Shown: one piece after another, positions 12,674 through 25,080 of the stretch
Layout: every line of letters begins with the position of its first letter
Position numbering within the stretch: the first letter of the stretch is position 1
NCBI GenBank assembly: GCA_964016885.1
Contig: OZ024745.1
Coordinates: forward strand, 64,170,001-64,234,000
Direction of reading: 5' to 3'
From: Eledone cirrhosa
Taxonomy: Eukaryota
DNA length: 64,000 bases
Program-made: the position numbers and the translations under genes
The notes under the pieces: model-generated
The model's database searches: none
Seen by the model: only the letters and a program-made list of their open reading frames with translations
Told to the model about the DNA's origin: nothing

Positions 12674-12808
12674 TGTCCAGATTCAGCATCAAAGAAAGAT
12701 CTGTTGGCATATCTTCAACAAATTGCATTGTATTGCCACCAACTGAATATAACCAGTAAAGTTAAGGCTGATGTACAAAGTGCCAGTGGTGAATTGATAG
12801 TATCTGGG
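12674..12808 (+). CDS. CTNNA: alpha-catenin exon, CPDSASKKDLLAYLQQIALYCHQLNITSKVKADVQSASGELIVSG
   Basis: tgtag acceptor, gtaagt donor, 135 nt, phase 0-0. Confidence 0.97.
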
Positions 12809-13424
12809 GTAAGTGACTTATGTATTTTGTTTTAATTATACAGGTCTTCTACTATATAGGCCTAATCACTAAATTATGAGTGAAATTAGTAGATGTAAAC
12901 TTTATAGAAAACTGTGTCTGTACATGTTTGTCACCATGTGTCTTCCCAATAGCACTTCTTCAGCAGATGGAGAGGGTTTTTTTGCTTCTGCATAAACAAT
13001 GTCATGCAAGCTCAGTAGAAGTTCAGTAGAACAAGTTGCTTATATAAGTAAGGTTTGGTGTTAGGAAGAACATCCAGTTTTAGAATATTGCTTCAAAATG
13101 TTTCATTTAACCCATGCTTCTATGGAAAAATTAATGTAAAAATGATAACTTTAGTTTCTTATTATAAATAGATATGAATGGCAATGATATCAAAGTGCTG
13201 AACTTCACTTGCTGGCTGGACCTTAGTCATGCCATAGAATATTTTTGTAGAAACACTATAGCCATGTGACTATGCTATTAAACTGACAGTTCACATATTG
13301 ATTCCAAATCTACTACAGTGAATCTAGACAGTATTCTAGATTCTATCAGCATCAGTTAACCCACGTTGTATATACATACCAGATAATCAAGGAATATTCT
13401 CTGAGATAGATTATGTGCAGATAT

Positions 13425-13590
13425 TCCTGTGTGATTAAGAAGTTTGCTTCACAACCATATGGCTTCAGGTTCAATCCCATTGCAGGTCACCTTAGACAAG
13501 TGTTTTTTAATATATCCTTGTGTAGCCCAGTGCCTTTTAAGTGACATTTTGCAAACAGAAACTGCAGAAGACTAGTTATGTGTCTGCATA
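13425..13590 (+). mobile_element. tRNA-derived SINE, second family
   Basis: Head with ggttcaatccc box, then caccttagacaagtg...cagaaactg. Related copies near 7800-7980 and 12840-12930. Confidence 0.55.
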
Positions 13591-14446
13591 TGTCTTATCC
13601 TTGACACTGCTTGGTCCACAACATATGTTTGCTTTGTTCTCAAATAAAGAATATTTCAATGGATGAAGATCAGTGGAAAAAGAATCATACTTAAAAGCAT
13701 GTCAAGGTTGGTGTTAGTAATGGCTTTCACTTAGAGAAAGAGAACATATGAGTAAAATGTAGACTTCTAACATGTCATGTAGGAGAGTAATTCTTATTGG
13801 GAACTGGCTTAGAATATATCAACCAAACCAACCCATGCCAGCCAAGGAAGATAGTGAAAATGATGACAAGGTTGTTGGTAACTAAATCTGTCAAAAAACA
13901 AAAAAAAAAAATTCTTTAAAGGGAACATCTATGGGATTTCTGTTAGAATTAGTCACCAAATCTCCTTCTCATAATGTTCTGCCATCTTAAAATCCCAAAA
14001 CGTGTTATATTTGATAATCTAGGTCTAGCTATAGTACATCTACCTGAATTAAAGATGTGAGTAATCATGGCTACAACACCTTTGATCATACTTTTGCTTG
14101 TACTGCAGTTCCCTCATTTTATAAGGAATCTGTTTTTTTTTTGGTTGTTTTTTTTTTTGTTTTTTGGGGGTTTTTTTTTGCAAAAATTCATCTAGATATG
14201 ACCTACACATCAGTTTATGGACATCCTATGGACACTACTCTTTCTTTATCTATGACTAAAAGAATTAGATTCCAAATGATAGCCCTAATTATGGATATTC
14301 TGAAGTATTGGTTTATGTATTTATATTTTATTCATGTAAGATAGTTGATATTAGTATTTTCATTGCTTTATGTATAGAAAAGAAAAAAAATATCTAATCT
14401 TCTTGCAGCTGTATTGGTGTTTAAATGTCTTTATTTTTTTCATTAG

Positions 14447-14539
14447 CTTGACAGTGCCACATCCCTTATTCAAGCTGCCAAAAATTTGATGAATTCTGTA
14501 GTTTTGACAGTGAAAGCTTGCTATGTTGCTTCAACTAAG
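14447..14539 (+). CDS. CTNNA: alpha-catenin exon, LDSATSLIQAAKNLMNSVVLTVKACYVASTK
   Basis: cattag acceptor, AAG/gttagt donor, 93 nt, phase 0-0. Confidence 0.97.
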
Positions 14540-16099
14540 GTTAGTATAGTTGCTTTATTCATTGAGTATGGATGTTTAGCATATGCAGATCAATTCCTTT
14601 TGTGCAAGATTTTGGAAGGCTAAAATTAATAGTTTTAAGATTAAAATACATTCATGCACATCCAAAGATTTGTGTAATTTTCTTGTATTAATCCAAAAAT
14701 TGGAGGTGGAATATACCGACTCAGCTTAGTACATGCTATAGTACTGATTGTAAGTAAGTTTGAATCATTCTACAAGTAAATCATAGAGAAGTGTTTCAAC
14801 AGGCAGGCTTTCCTTGTACAGACTAAACAAAGACGCTCTACAATTATGCTACATTAGACAAAGTGAGTCATATTATATCATGAAACATATGTTAAATTTA
14901 AAAGATGTGAAAAATAATTCCAATTTTCCCTTTAGAAAGTATATGTTAAATAAATTTGAGCCAATGTGTTTTTTTGTTTTTACATATGATTGTTGATATT
15001 AAATGTTGTTCATTTACACTACTACTATGCAAAGTAGGGAGAACATGTATTAATGTGTGTATCTGGGTAATCCCAACTTTGATCCCTTCTCTCTTAATAG
15101 CCCACTCCCTCACTAAGGCTCTCACCTTAATCTTCATTCACTCACACCTTGCTCCTTGCTCATCCAACCCATGCCAGCATGGAAAGCCAGGCACACCCCA
15201 AATATACTGCCATACGTCGTCATTCTCTTCAAGGCCACCTCCATTATACAACCCTTGCTCTCCTACTGTGGATGAGCCCATCTCTCAGCAAGGAACATGT
15301 AGCTTGCACCACCTTACTCCCATATTAGATTCTCCCTCCCATTACTATCTTCACAGCCTGGCCGAGGATAGAACAAGAACCCTAGTGTTATAATATGCTA
15401 GTGCTGGTACCCTAAAAGAATACACCCAGGCAACTGTGTGAAGTGGTTGTATTGGATTTGTGTTAAAAGCATCCAGTTGACTCTGTAAGGTTGTAGTGCA
15501 GGTGTTATGTTAAAAAGCACCCATTCCACCTTGTAATGTGGTAGTGTTGGTGTCATGATAAAATGTTCCCAGTACATGCTGTAAAGTGGCTGGCATTAGC
15601 AAGAGTATTCAGCCATAGAAACCATTCCCAAAATGGAAAATATGAGCAAGAGGTGGTCATCTGACCAGTTTAGCCAAGTCAAGCATGGAAAATAGTTGTT
15701 AAATGGTGATGATGTTTCATTTAGGCACCTCTTACTCTTTTAAAAGAACATTTTAGTTTGCTTAAATTACTATAATAGGGTAGAGAGGACTCTTTAGTTG
15801 TGCCTGGGACATGACAGCCCATCCTATGCTTAAGCCATGATAAAAAAAACACCCTGTACACTCTGTAAATGGTTGGTGTTTGGAAGGACATCCATCTGTA
15901 GAACTCTAGTCAAAATTGAAATGTGTGAGCAGGGTGTACTCCCCTGACCAAAGTAGGAGGGCAGTAAATCGAGATAAGAACTGACTCTGATTGTAACAAC
16001 CCATCCAACCCATGCCAACATGGAAAATGATGTAAAATAATGATGTATATGCTGTATTTATTGAGATCTTTATGTAATTCATTTTCATCTTTTCCACAG

Positions 16100-16120
16100 T
16101 ACAAAAGCAGCTCCATTTAT
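16100..16120 (+). CDS. CTNNA: alpha-catenin 21-nt microexon, YKSSSIY
   Basis: Strong acceptor attttcatcttttccacag and donor gtaagt, phase 0-0. Supplies the conserved Tyr of ASTKY. Confidence 0.8.
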
Positions 16121-16369
16121 GTAAGTATAATCCTTTTTCTTATTTTCATCTGTTATTGCAATAAATGATGAGATTATTAAAACATATTTCAAGTTTTTTA
16201 TATTAGTTACAGAAAATGTATTCTTAACCCTTTAGAATTTACATTACTCTGTGAAATGTTATGTCATGAAATTCACATTATTTTGAGTTAATCATACTCA
16301 AGAGAGGTTTATCAACTATACCTGTTAGGTTTGTTACAAAAATTATCCAACAATGACCTAGATGTTGAC

Positions 16370-17165
16370 TTCCACACTGCCCCACCTCCCTCTGTTTCGC
16401 TTCACAGCCATACAGTGGTGCATGAATCAGTTCAGTGCCCTCTTCATCAACTGGTACCCTTCTTGATGACGAGTGCACTCGCATCAAAGTAACCCAACAC
16501 CTCGGTTTCCAAATGTGTGAGCCACATAAATGCTGTTGTCGGGTTATCATTGATGAGTTTGGCCTACACCCATTATCATGCCACCGGAGCACTGGCTGGT
16601 TAAGTCGACATGCCACTCTCAACAACATAATGAGGAGGAGCCTCACCGCAGTCGGCTTCCCATCACAACTGGAGCCAGTAAGCCTCGATCATGGAATTAT
16701 TCTTTTAAATTTTGGAGGAGGTAAATTCCTCATCTGAGATGTGACACATTCTCTGCCTCCAACTTAATCACCTCGGCCACAAACCCCAGTACTCCAGCTT
16801 GCAAAGGACAGGAAGACAAGCAAATACTGGAGCTTGCCCGACCACTTCCTCTTTGCACCAGTTGCCGTCGAGAGCCTAGGAGTCCTTGAACTTTGGACAG
16901 CAGACTTCCTCTGTAAAATAGGGTCGATAGCTGAAGAAGGATCCCTATGAGGTGGGATGGCAGTTGCAGTGTGTGTCACTGGTCCTTATCTGCGGAAATA
17001 CCTTTGCGATTTTGTCCATGGGGCGTAGCCGAAACACTCATCTGATGTAGATGTAGAGTCTGCCACCCTCTCCTTTTACCCCTTTCTTTCTTCCTTTGTT
17101 TAGAAGTTTTAGGTCTTCCCCTCTTTTTCCTCTTATTTATGGCATTTATAGTCCATTCCAATACT
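16370..17165 (+). mobile_element. CRE-clade non-LTR retrotransposon 3' remnant (CCHC finger and restriction-like endonuclease region)
   Basis: LLDDECTRI..LG..CEPHKCCC..DEFGLHPLSC..GWLSRHATLNNIMRRSL..LEPVSLD..LI*DVT. Confidence 0.75.
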
Positions 17166-17723
17166 GCTATCTTTATCTGTATGTTTATATAACTCTACTT
17201 CGAAATAACATTTTTTATAATTCCAGTTAGTGACGGAATAAAAATTAGTTTAAATCAAAGCAATGTAATAACAAATATTTAGATTGGTATTTTTGTTCAT
17301 TTTTCTACTGAAGATGTTGAAATACTAAAATCAATTAATCCTGTAATATTGATTGTTAATACGTTTTTACACTTCAAGTACTATGGTATTTTGCTTGGGT
17401 GAACTTCAAAAATTCTTTATATTTTAACAATATTTCAGATTTACAACTATATTTTTCTCACTTTTTAAATTTATTTTGTAATTGTAATATAAACTATAAC
17501 ATGAATATAAAGATATATATTTTAAAATCATTATTCCTTTACCATGATACAATTGTTTACACACACACTCATTTGGAATACTAACTAGTGAAAGAAAAAA
17601 GAATAATTAATACAGAGAATTTTTGTTGAAAGATAATTAACCCTGAGTAGCTGCAGTGCATCTCTATCAGCTTCAAACATGAATGTGTGTATATATATAT
17701 ATAGGCTTAGTGGTTAGAGCATT

Positions 17724-17852
17724 GGCATATGGCTTAGTGGTTAGCCTTGCAATTGAAAGGTTGTGAGTTCAATTCTCAGACCGGGTGATGTGTTGTTTCC
17801 TTGAGCAAGACACTTTATTTCACATTGCTCCAGTTTACTCAGCTGTAGAAAT
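17724..17852 (+). mobile_element. tRNA-derived CORE-like SINE head
   Basis: tggcttagtggttag...gagttcaattc...ccttgagcaagacactt. Reverse-complement copy at about 36830-36965. Confidence 0.7.
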
Positions 17853-18038
17853 GAGATGATAGGGACTGGGGTCCCTATCATTCCACTGCAAAGTGGTCGT
17901 GGGGGTGCCACGACAAAAAAGCACCCAGTACTCACTGTAAATGAGGTTGGTGTTAGGAAGGGCATCCAGCTGTAGAAATCAAGCCAGAATCAGTTCCCGT
18001 CCCACCCTTGCAAGCAGGGAAAAACGGACGTATGATGA

Positions 18039-18095
<57 letters not shown>

Positions 18096-18098
<3 letters not shown>

Positions 18099-19378
18099 AA
18101 AAATTGAACGGGAACAAAACAGAGAGGCTGTACGAACAAAGGTTTATTAGTTTCATGCTCTTGAGTGGGGTGGTGATGGTGGGGAACGACGTTTCGGGCA
18201 TAAGCCCTTCTTCAGGCGAAAAGTGTGTGGGAAGAGAGTTCCTAGAGTGTGTAGGGTAGTGGGAGGGAGACATTTAGAAAAAAGGGGGTGAGAGGAAACG
18301 GTACAAATGAAAATAAATATAAGAGCATAATAAAAATAAAAATAAACATGAAGTAAAACAAGTGGTGGAAGGATGTGGGGGCGTGTAGGGGTGGTGGTGG
18401 GTGAAGTGGGGAGAGGGAGGCGGGGTGTCCGAGCGGGGAGGGCTGAAGGTTTGTGTGTGTGTGAGAGTTGGGGGAAGAACGGGGTTGCATGTTCAGGAAA
18501 AGGTGTGGGTGGGGAGGGGGGGAGAGGATTCTGGAGGCTGAGTGTGTAAATGTGTGGTGTTTATACGTATTGTGGATGTAGGTGGCGTGTGGGAAAAAAA
18601 TTTTTTTAGTGTATGTCCGTGGGTAAGTTCCTGAGGTAATTCCGTAGAGGATGTGGTGGGATGCCGGGTAATTTCCTTGTGATGGAGTTGATTTGTGGGA
18701 GCGATGTCCAATGTGTGTAATCCTTGGTTGGGTTGGTCGGAAGAGGGGAGATGTGGGGGTGCGTGCAATGGGAAGTGGTTAGAGGGTCAAGGCAGGAGGA
18801 GGGTTGTGTGTCTGTGTGTGCGGAGAGGTGGTCAGAGATTCAGGGCACAGCAGCAGTCGGGGAGAATGGCAGGTGGAGAAAGTCGGTGTGACAGTGTGTG
18901 CGAAGGTGCGGTGGACAGGGGAGAGGATGGGTAGGTGTGAAAGGTGGAGTGGGGAGGGGGTGTGTATTAGTAAAGGTGTTAGTGGGATGTGTGTGTGTGA
19001 AGGGGTGTGGGCGGGGAGGGGAGAGAGAAAGGTGTGGTGCCAGTGGAGGGAGTGTAGTGTACTGGTGTGTGCGTGTTTGGATGAGTGTGTGTGTGGTGAA
19101 GGGGGTGTTAGTATACTAGTGGTGGGGAAAGGGTTGAAAGCGGGTGTTAGTGAGGGTCATTGGTGGTAGGGTGTGTAGAGTGGGTGGTGTAAGTGGGTGT
19201 GTGTGTTCGTCTGCGGATGAAATGGCTGACTAGGGAAAGGGCCTGGGACTCAAAGTCAGCATCTCGGCTACAGAGGCGGTGGATCCTGAGGAGTTGGGAG
19301 TAGGGAATAGTGTTTAGTGTGTGTAGGGTCGGAAGAGGTGAAGTCGAGGTAGAAGTGGGAGTCAGTGGGTTTGACGCA
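18096..19378 (-). mobile_element. Penelope-like element (PLE) remnant, 5'-truncated, with its 3' end abutting (TA)n
   Basis: RT thumb motif KPTDSHFYLDFTSSDPTHTK / IPYSQLLRIHRLCSRDADFESQ across a frameshift. HHR core and AATAAA in the 3' terminal region. No recognisable GIY-YIG domain. Confidence 0.85.
18185..18217 (-). ncRNA. Minimal PLE-type hammerhead motif
   Basis: CTGAAGA-a-gggc ttat gccc-GAAA-cg-TC with palindromic ACGT stem III. Stem I is weak. Confidence 0.7.
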
Positions 19379-19386
19379 CGCACGCG

Positions 19387-19432
<46 letters not shown>

Positions 19433-19818
19433 TAGTTTTCTTGTGTGTTTTGGTATTAGCAACACAAACATATAACCATGATATATAAAGGTAATTAATT
19501 TCTTTACAAGCATAAATGCAAATTATTTAATGGCCAGTGCCCCAGCATGGCCTCAACCAGTCAGCTGGAACAGGTAAAACTGTGTATATTCAATATATTT
19601 GTCTCATGAGATGTATGCTCTTACGTTAATAATATATATAGGTTAATAAAATATGTATTATAAATCTATAATATATATGTTATATATATCATTAGTTAAC
19701 ATCTTTGTACTTTTCTAAACAATTTTAAAAACAAAATAGCTAAAAATATAAACAAAATAGCTAAAAATAAAGCAAAATAAAATTAATTTCTATTATTTTT
19801 TTCTTTCCCAATGTTTAG

Positions 19819-19977
19819 AACTCTGTGGTTTTATGGAAGATGAAAGCTCCTGAAAAGAAACCCCTTGTACGGAGAGAAGATCCTTTTGAACTAAGAGCTG
19901 TTGTACGCAAAGGTGCTCAGAGGAAGCGCATACAACCTGTCAAAGCTTTGAATGAGTTTACAGAATTAAGCATCTAA
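19819..19977 (+). CDS. CTNNA: alpha-catenin last coding exon, NSVVLWKMKAPEKKPLVRRE...VKALNEFTELSI*
   Basis: tttag acceptor, WKMKAPEKKPLV signature, TAA at 19975-19977. Confidence 0.97.
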   Translation, partial: NSVVLWKMKAPEKKPLVRREDPFELRAVVRKGAQRKRIQPVKALNEFTELSI

Positions 19978-21779
19978 ATCTCATGATTGTTAGTTGTGGA
20001 TGAGATACAGAAAAAAAAGAAAATGACCATATTTTTAGTAATAGTTGACATCATCATCATCGTCATCGTCATCATCATCATCAACTATCAGGAAGTGCAT
20101 ATTGCTTGCATATATCAGGTTGTTTACAAATATATAGCTAGTTTTATAATGTATTAAAAATTTGTGTGTGTATACACACATACGTGCATGCGTATATCAG
20201 AGAGAAAGAGGTTATGTCTGTCTATAACTCTGTATGATAATTATAAAGATTATACCTAATGGTTTTGGTTGAAGAAAAAAATACTAATTAATTATTTCAA
20301 TGGTCCCTAACCAACAATTTGTTTTTTCTTTTGCTATTCTAAAAGAGCTAAATATAAGCATCTGATAGCCTTGTTAAATAATTAACGAAGTTGTATTGCT
20401 AGATGTCATATTGAGAAGTTTCTGCCAGTATGTCACCTCTCATGGGAATGAAATAGAAGACACGTGGAATTATCTATTGTTTGTGTAGCAGATCATTTTC
20501 CACTTTAGGGCACTTTTGTAATATTAATTATTTTGGGGAAAGACATAAATCTGACATCACTTTTCTTAGTTTTAAAATTTGCTGCATTTACTAATATACT
20601 TGGGAAAGGTATGAATGTAATAACAGTATGTTCATGCTCTCTTCTCTCTTGCAGTTTATTGTACAGAGTTTACAACTTTTTCAAATATACTTGGGAAAGA
20701 CATGCTTATCTCACAATTTCAATACTTATTCTCTTGCATTTATACAGTGTTTGCTACATTCATTTATGTATTTGAGAATGGTATGAAAGTAGAAATTCTT
20801 CTATATCCTACTGAGGACTTTTGTCTGTTGTTGTTACTGCTGTAATAATAATAGATGTATGATTAATGTCTGTTGCCAGAACTTGTTTATTTTTTCCAGT
20901 TCTTCAGTTCTTGTCTGTATTTTACCTCTTATGTACTGAAGATAAATCTATAATTTTGGCACTGTGACAAGGCAAAAGAGATTGTTTATTGTCAACTACT
21001 TCTTTGATCTAATTTTTAGTTTAATAGCACACACGCACACACCCACACGAAGATGCACACGCATGTACACACACATACATATAAATACATAAACATGCAT
21101 GCACTTGGATACATGCACACATACACATATACACCTGCATATACACAAACGCATATATTTACATACCTGCACTTATTTACATATACAACATGTATGTATG
21201 TACATGCATGCACAGAATCTATATTCTCTTTAGAAAATATAGGGCCTGTCAGGAATTTTTTAGTTAGAGTAAGTATTTTTCTTCATACTTTTATTTTGTT
21301 TTCTATAATTGTTATAACCAGTGTTACTTACCTGTATTATTACAACTACATAATTTAGGTGTGTTAAATAAATATAGCCTGATTTCTTCAGGTGTTTGCA
21401 TTTTAGATTTATAGACATTACACACTTAACTATATTAAGATCTCTGTATGTTTCATGAGATTGTGGATTTACAACTAGAAACTTCCTCTCCAAGGTGTAG
21501 GCTGTCTCTTTTTTTGTCTGGGTGTTCCAGAGCTACTTATGCATGTGATTTTCCCTTTTCCACCAACTTGTATCATCCAAGGAAATGGCTGGGACTAGTG
21601 TTATCACACTTGTCATCAGTACACAAAGGATCCTGACCTATACTTTCATAATTCCCAGTTAATTTACTCAATGACTTCGAGTGCATAAAAGGCAAAATTG
21701 ACATCTACAGGATTTGAACTCGAAACCAAAGAAATCTTTAATATATATATATGTACATATATATATATATATATATTCA

Positions 21780-22238
21780 CAAAAGGACGACTGTATCACA
21801 TCTGTGTGTGAAGTGCGATTCTAGTGAAACATGGGCTATGACTGCAGGGGGAATGCATAGACTGGACAAAAACGAAGCAAGCACACTGTTGGATGTGCAA
21901 TGTAATTGTGAGAGAGAGGCAGAGCTTGGACGAGTTGAAGGAGAAGCTGGGTTTAAGAGAAAATCGAGGTGGTGTGCAGGAGAGAAGACTGCATTGGTTT
22001 GGGCCTGTGCTGTGCATGGACAATGATTGTTGGGTGAAGAAGTGCCAGGAAATGTCAGTGGAAGGAAGTCACAAGAGAGGTTGACCAAGAAAGACCTAGG
22101 TAGAGGTTGTGAGGGCTGACCTCAAATCACTGAGAGACACAGATGTGATGACAAAGGATTGCGACATGTGGAGAAATGGTGTGCTGAGAAGGACCCATGC
22201 AAGTGTGGAAAAGCAGACGTAAAAACGATGATGATGAT
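21780..22238 (+). mobile_element. RTE LINE 3' remnant with (GAT)n tail
   Basis: SETWAM...MCNV..RERQSLDELKEKLG...QERRLHWFG. Same group as 33108-34541. Confidence 0.85.
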
Positions 22239-22789
22239 TCAGTAAAATAAATAGAAAAATGTATTGGTAAAATACTGTTGCCAATTTAACTGTTTCCTCC
22301 AACAAAATTTGTAGCCATGTGCTGTATGAAATGATTTATGGCAGTAATGTTACAGGAATGGTAGTACTAAACTAAATGGCATTTTTTTTTTTTTTTTTTT
22401 TTTTACAATCTGAGTTTAAATCATAGCTTTTCCTTAGCCTTCCATCTTGGTAGGGTTAATAGAATAAAGACCAGTTATGTGCTTGGGTTGATAGAATACA
22501 CTTCTGCCTTAAAAATCTAATATTTGTGCCAATGTGAGAAAGTATTATGAAGGCTTTTTGAGTTGAAAGATGTGTAGTGCATTAGATCTAATCATAATTT
22601 TCATTTAATATTTGTCTCTCCATACTGTCATGAGTTCAAGCAGTAGTCTTCATTCTTTATATTATAAATTTAAATTTTGCCAGGATAGGCTTATCTTTTC
22701 ATCTCCCTAGTGTTAGATCAGATCAGTAATCTGCCCCCTTTTTATACATATGTGGCTCTTTTTCAATTTTAGATATTATAAATCCTATT

Positions 22790-23120
22790 TAGGTCATCTT
22801 TGCTTTTCATCATTCTGGGGTTGCGAAAACGTATCTCTCAAGTACTGAGGTTGATAAAATCAATAACTCCCACCATTTCTGCTATGTGTCTATGTTGAAA
22901 ACATTTATTATTATTATTATTATTTAGCAGAGTTGTTAGAACATCAAACAAAATGTTTGTGGTATTCATTGCAGCTCTTTAAGTCTTAATTCAAATCCCA
23001 ATGAAGTCAATTTTGCCTTTCATCCTTCTGAAGTGAATAAAATAAAGTACCAGTCATGTTTGATATAGACTTTACCCCTCCCCTCAAATTGTTGGCCCTG
23101 TACTTAAATTAAAAATGTTT
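22790..23120 (+). mobile_element. Two tandem decayed copies of the tRNA-derived core SINE
   Basis: Repeated tttgc.tttcatc..tct core, joined by an (ATT)n tail. Confidence 0.6.
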
Positions 23121-24669
23121 TTTATTTATTTATTTTTATTAAGCAACTAGTGATTTTTATCTGACTTTATCTTCTCATTAGATGCTGCTAGAGTACAATT
23201 TTTGTTTGCGAGTTGATAATCATTGTCACTAACATATCTCTCCCCCACTCATTCATTATGTGTATGTATGTATATGTGTGTGTGTGGAGCATTTCATAAA
23301 TTCTGTAGCATTTTTGCTCAGTTAAATTCAAAACTTTATTGAATAGTGAACTTCCAAATTATCTTCATGTCCAAACAGCATTCTGTAATCTAGTCAGCTG
23401 TGACAAGCAGTATTTAGTAAAGTGTGTTCAAATTGCTGTTACAGCTGTCTCCTTCATTCTGAATTAACAAGAGTTGGCAGGTCAGTTTATTAGATGTATA
23501 GTAATGATATACTAAAAGTACAATAATCTAGGACAGTTATAACTGCCTCTCCTTAAAATAAGTTTCAAAATTTCTAGAATGCACCTTGTATGTATATTCT
23601 TCAGAATAGTAAATTAATGTGAAATTTTTAAAGGAAATGTTTGTTTGCAGATACTGAAGTTTTTCCTGTTGGGTTAGTCTTGGTAGGCTCTGCTTTCACT
23701 GACTTGTGGTATGACTGTAGTTTATTAAATACATTTTTTTCATTGCTGCTTTTTAAACTCATCTCTATACATTAGGGGGCATTTTCTAAGCTTTATGATT
23801 TAACACATCTCCATTTTAAAGACTGGAGGAAATAATTGCAAGTACAGCTAGCTATTCAGCTAGTAATGTTTAAATCATTTTATTTCACTTAGTCTGCTAA
23901 TGTACTTAAGAATTGTGGCAATAAAATACCTGTAACTGTTCAACATAATTATTTTCATCAGCCAAAATTTAATGTTGAGATAGTCACATAAACTGAAGTA
24001 ACTGCTTTTCAAAGTTTGCTAATATATAGGTCAGATAATTTATATCTCCTTTTACTGTTTGGTTTAAAAATATGTAGCAAACCAAAATAACTTCTGAGTA
24101 GTTAGTTAGGTAGCATGGCACTGACTTATAGAACCTGTTGCTGTTCAATTTAATTATGTCTGATGCCTATAATGATAACCATAATATCAAATAGCCATGA
24201 AAGTAATTTGTGTAGAATTGATTACTTTACCGATGTGAAGCAAGAAAACTGCTTTTACATATAGGGCATGTATGTATGAAGATTAAACTCTTTGGGCTAT
24301 TATGCTCTTTTGTCCCTTAAGTTATAGCTACAATTGGGCGTATGGAGTAACATGAAGCAAGTTCTTTGCAGCATGCAGTAGCCATGCCAATGCCTTCTAT
24401 GGCAGTTTCAAATGAATCTTGATGCTTATATTTTTGAACCTCCAATAGAATGCTTTTTCTGTTTAGTTCACCACGCACAAGTTTTTATGGTGAGTGCCTC
24501 TCATATATTTATGTTCTGTACATCCACTTTGGATCCTCAAGTATATACATTTTAAATATTCAGTATATTTTGGCTCTTTTATGGTCCTTTTTTTTATATG
24601 GTGTCTCTCTTTGGTCATGGCTGAACATGTGTTGTATCCTTGTTCTAGGTTTTATTTGGCTGCAAAACT

Positions 24670-25080
24670 ATCAATTATGATGCAGCAAATCAATGCAGGA
24701 GTAACAGGCATTGTTGCAGAAGTCACATCTGTGTGCATTCATTGGTCTACTGGCACTGCTATGCTCTTTCTGTGTGCTTTTCTGCTGTATGTCCATCAAC
24801 TTCACTTCTGTCTTCGGGTACCAATTCCGGACAGCCCTCTATTTCACTTTGTCATCTGCAAGACTCTCCCAGATTTGATATTGACATAAAGCACATTCAT
24901 GTCTCTCATGTTGATGTCCTTGCAACAGCCAAAACATCTCTTCCCTGAATTCAGCTTTCCATAGAAGATATCCATTGGGGTTCTTTTTCTATTCATGATT
25001 TTGTAGACATTGGAAATTCTTTGATTGTTTAGCATAACATTGTTTTTGAGACAATATTCAACAAATGTAGAATATCACAG
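24670..25080 (-). mobile_element. Old RTE-like LINE 3' remnant with a terminal zinc-finger-like motif
   Basis: MNRKRTPMDIFYGKLNSGKR...KD..MRDM and CDFC..ACYSCIDLLHH. Confidence 0.6.

Noticed and set aside
14395-14446. Alternative acceptor tcttgcag, 38 nt upstream of exon 14447
   Set aside because: It would shift the frame; no supporting evidence.
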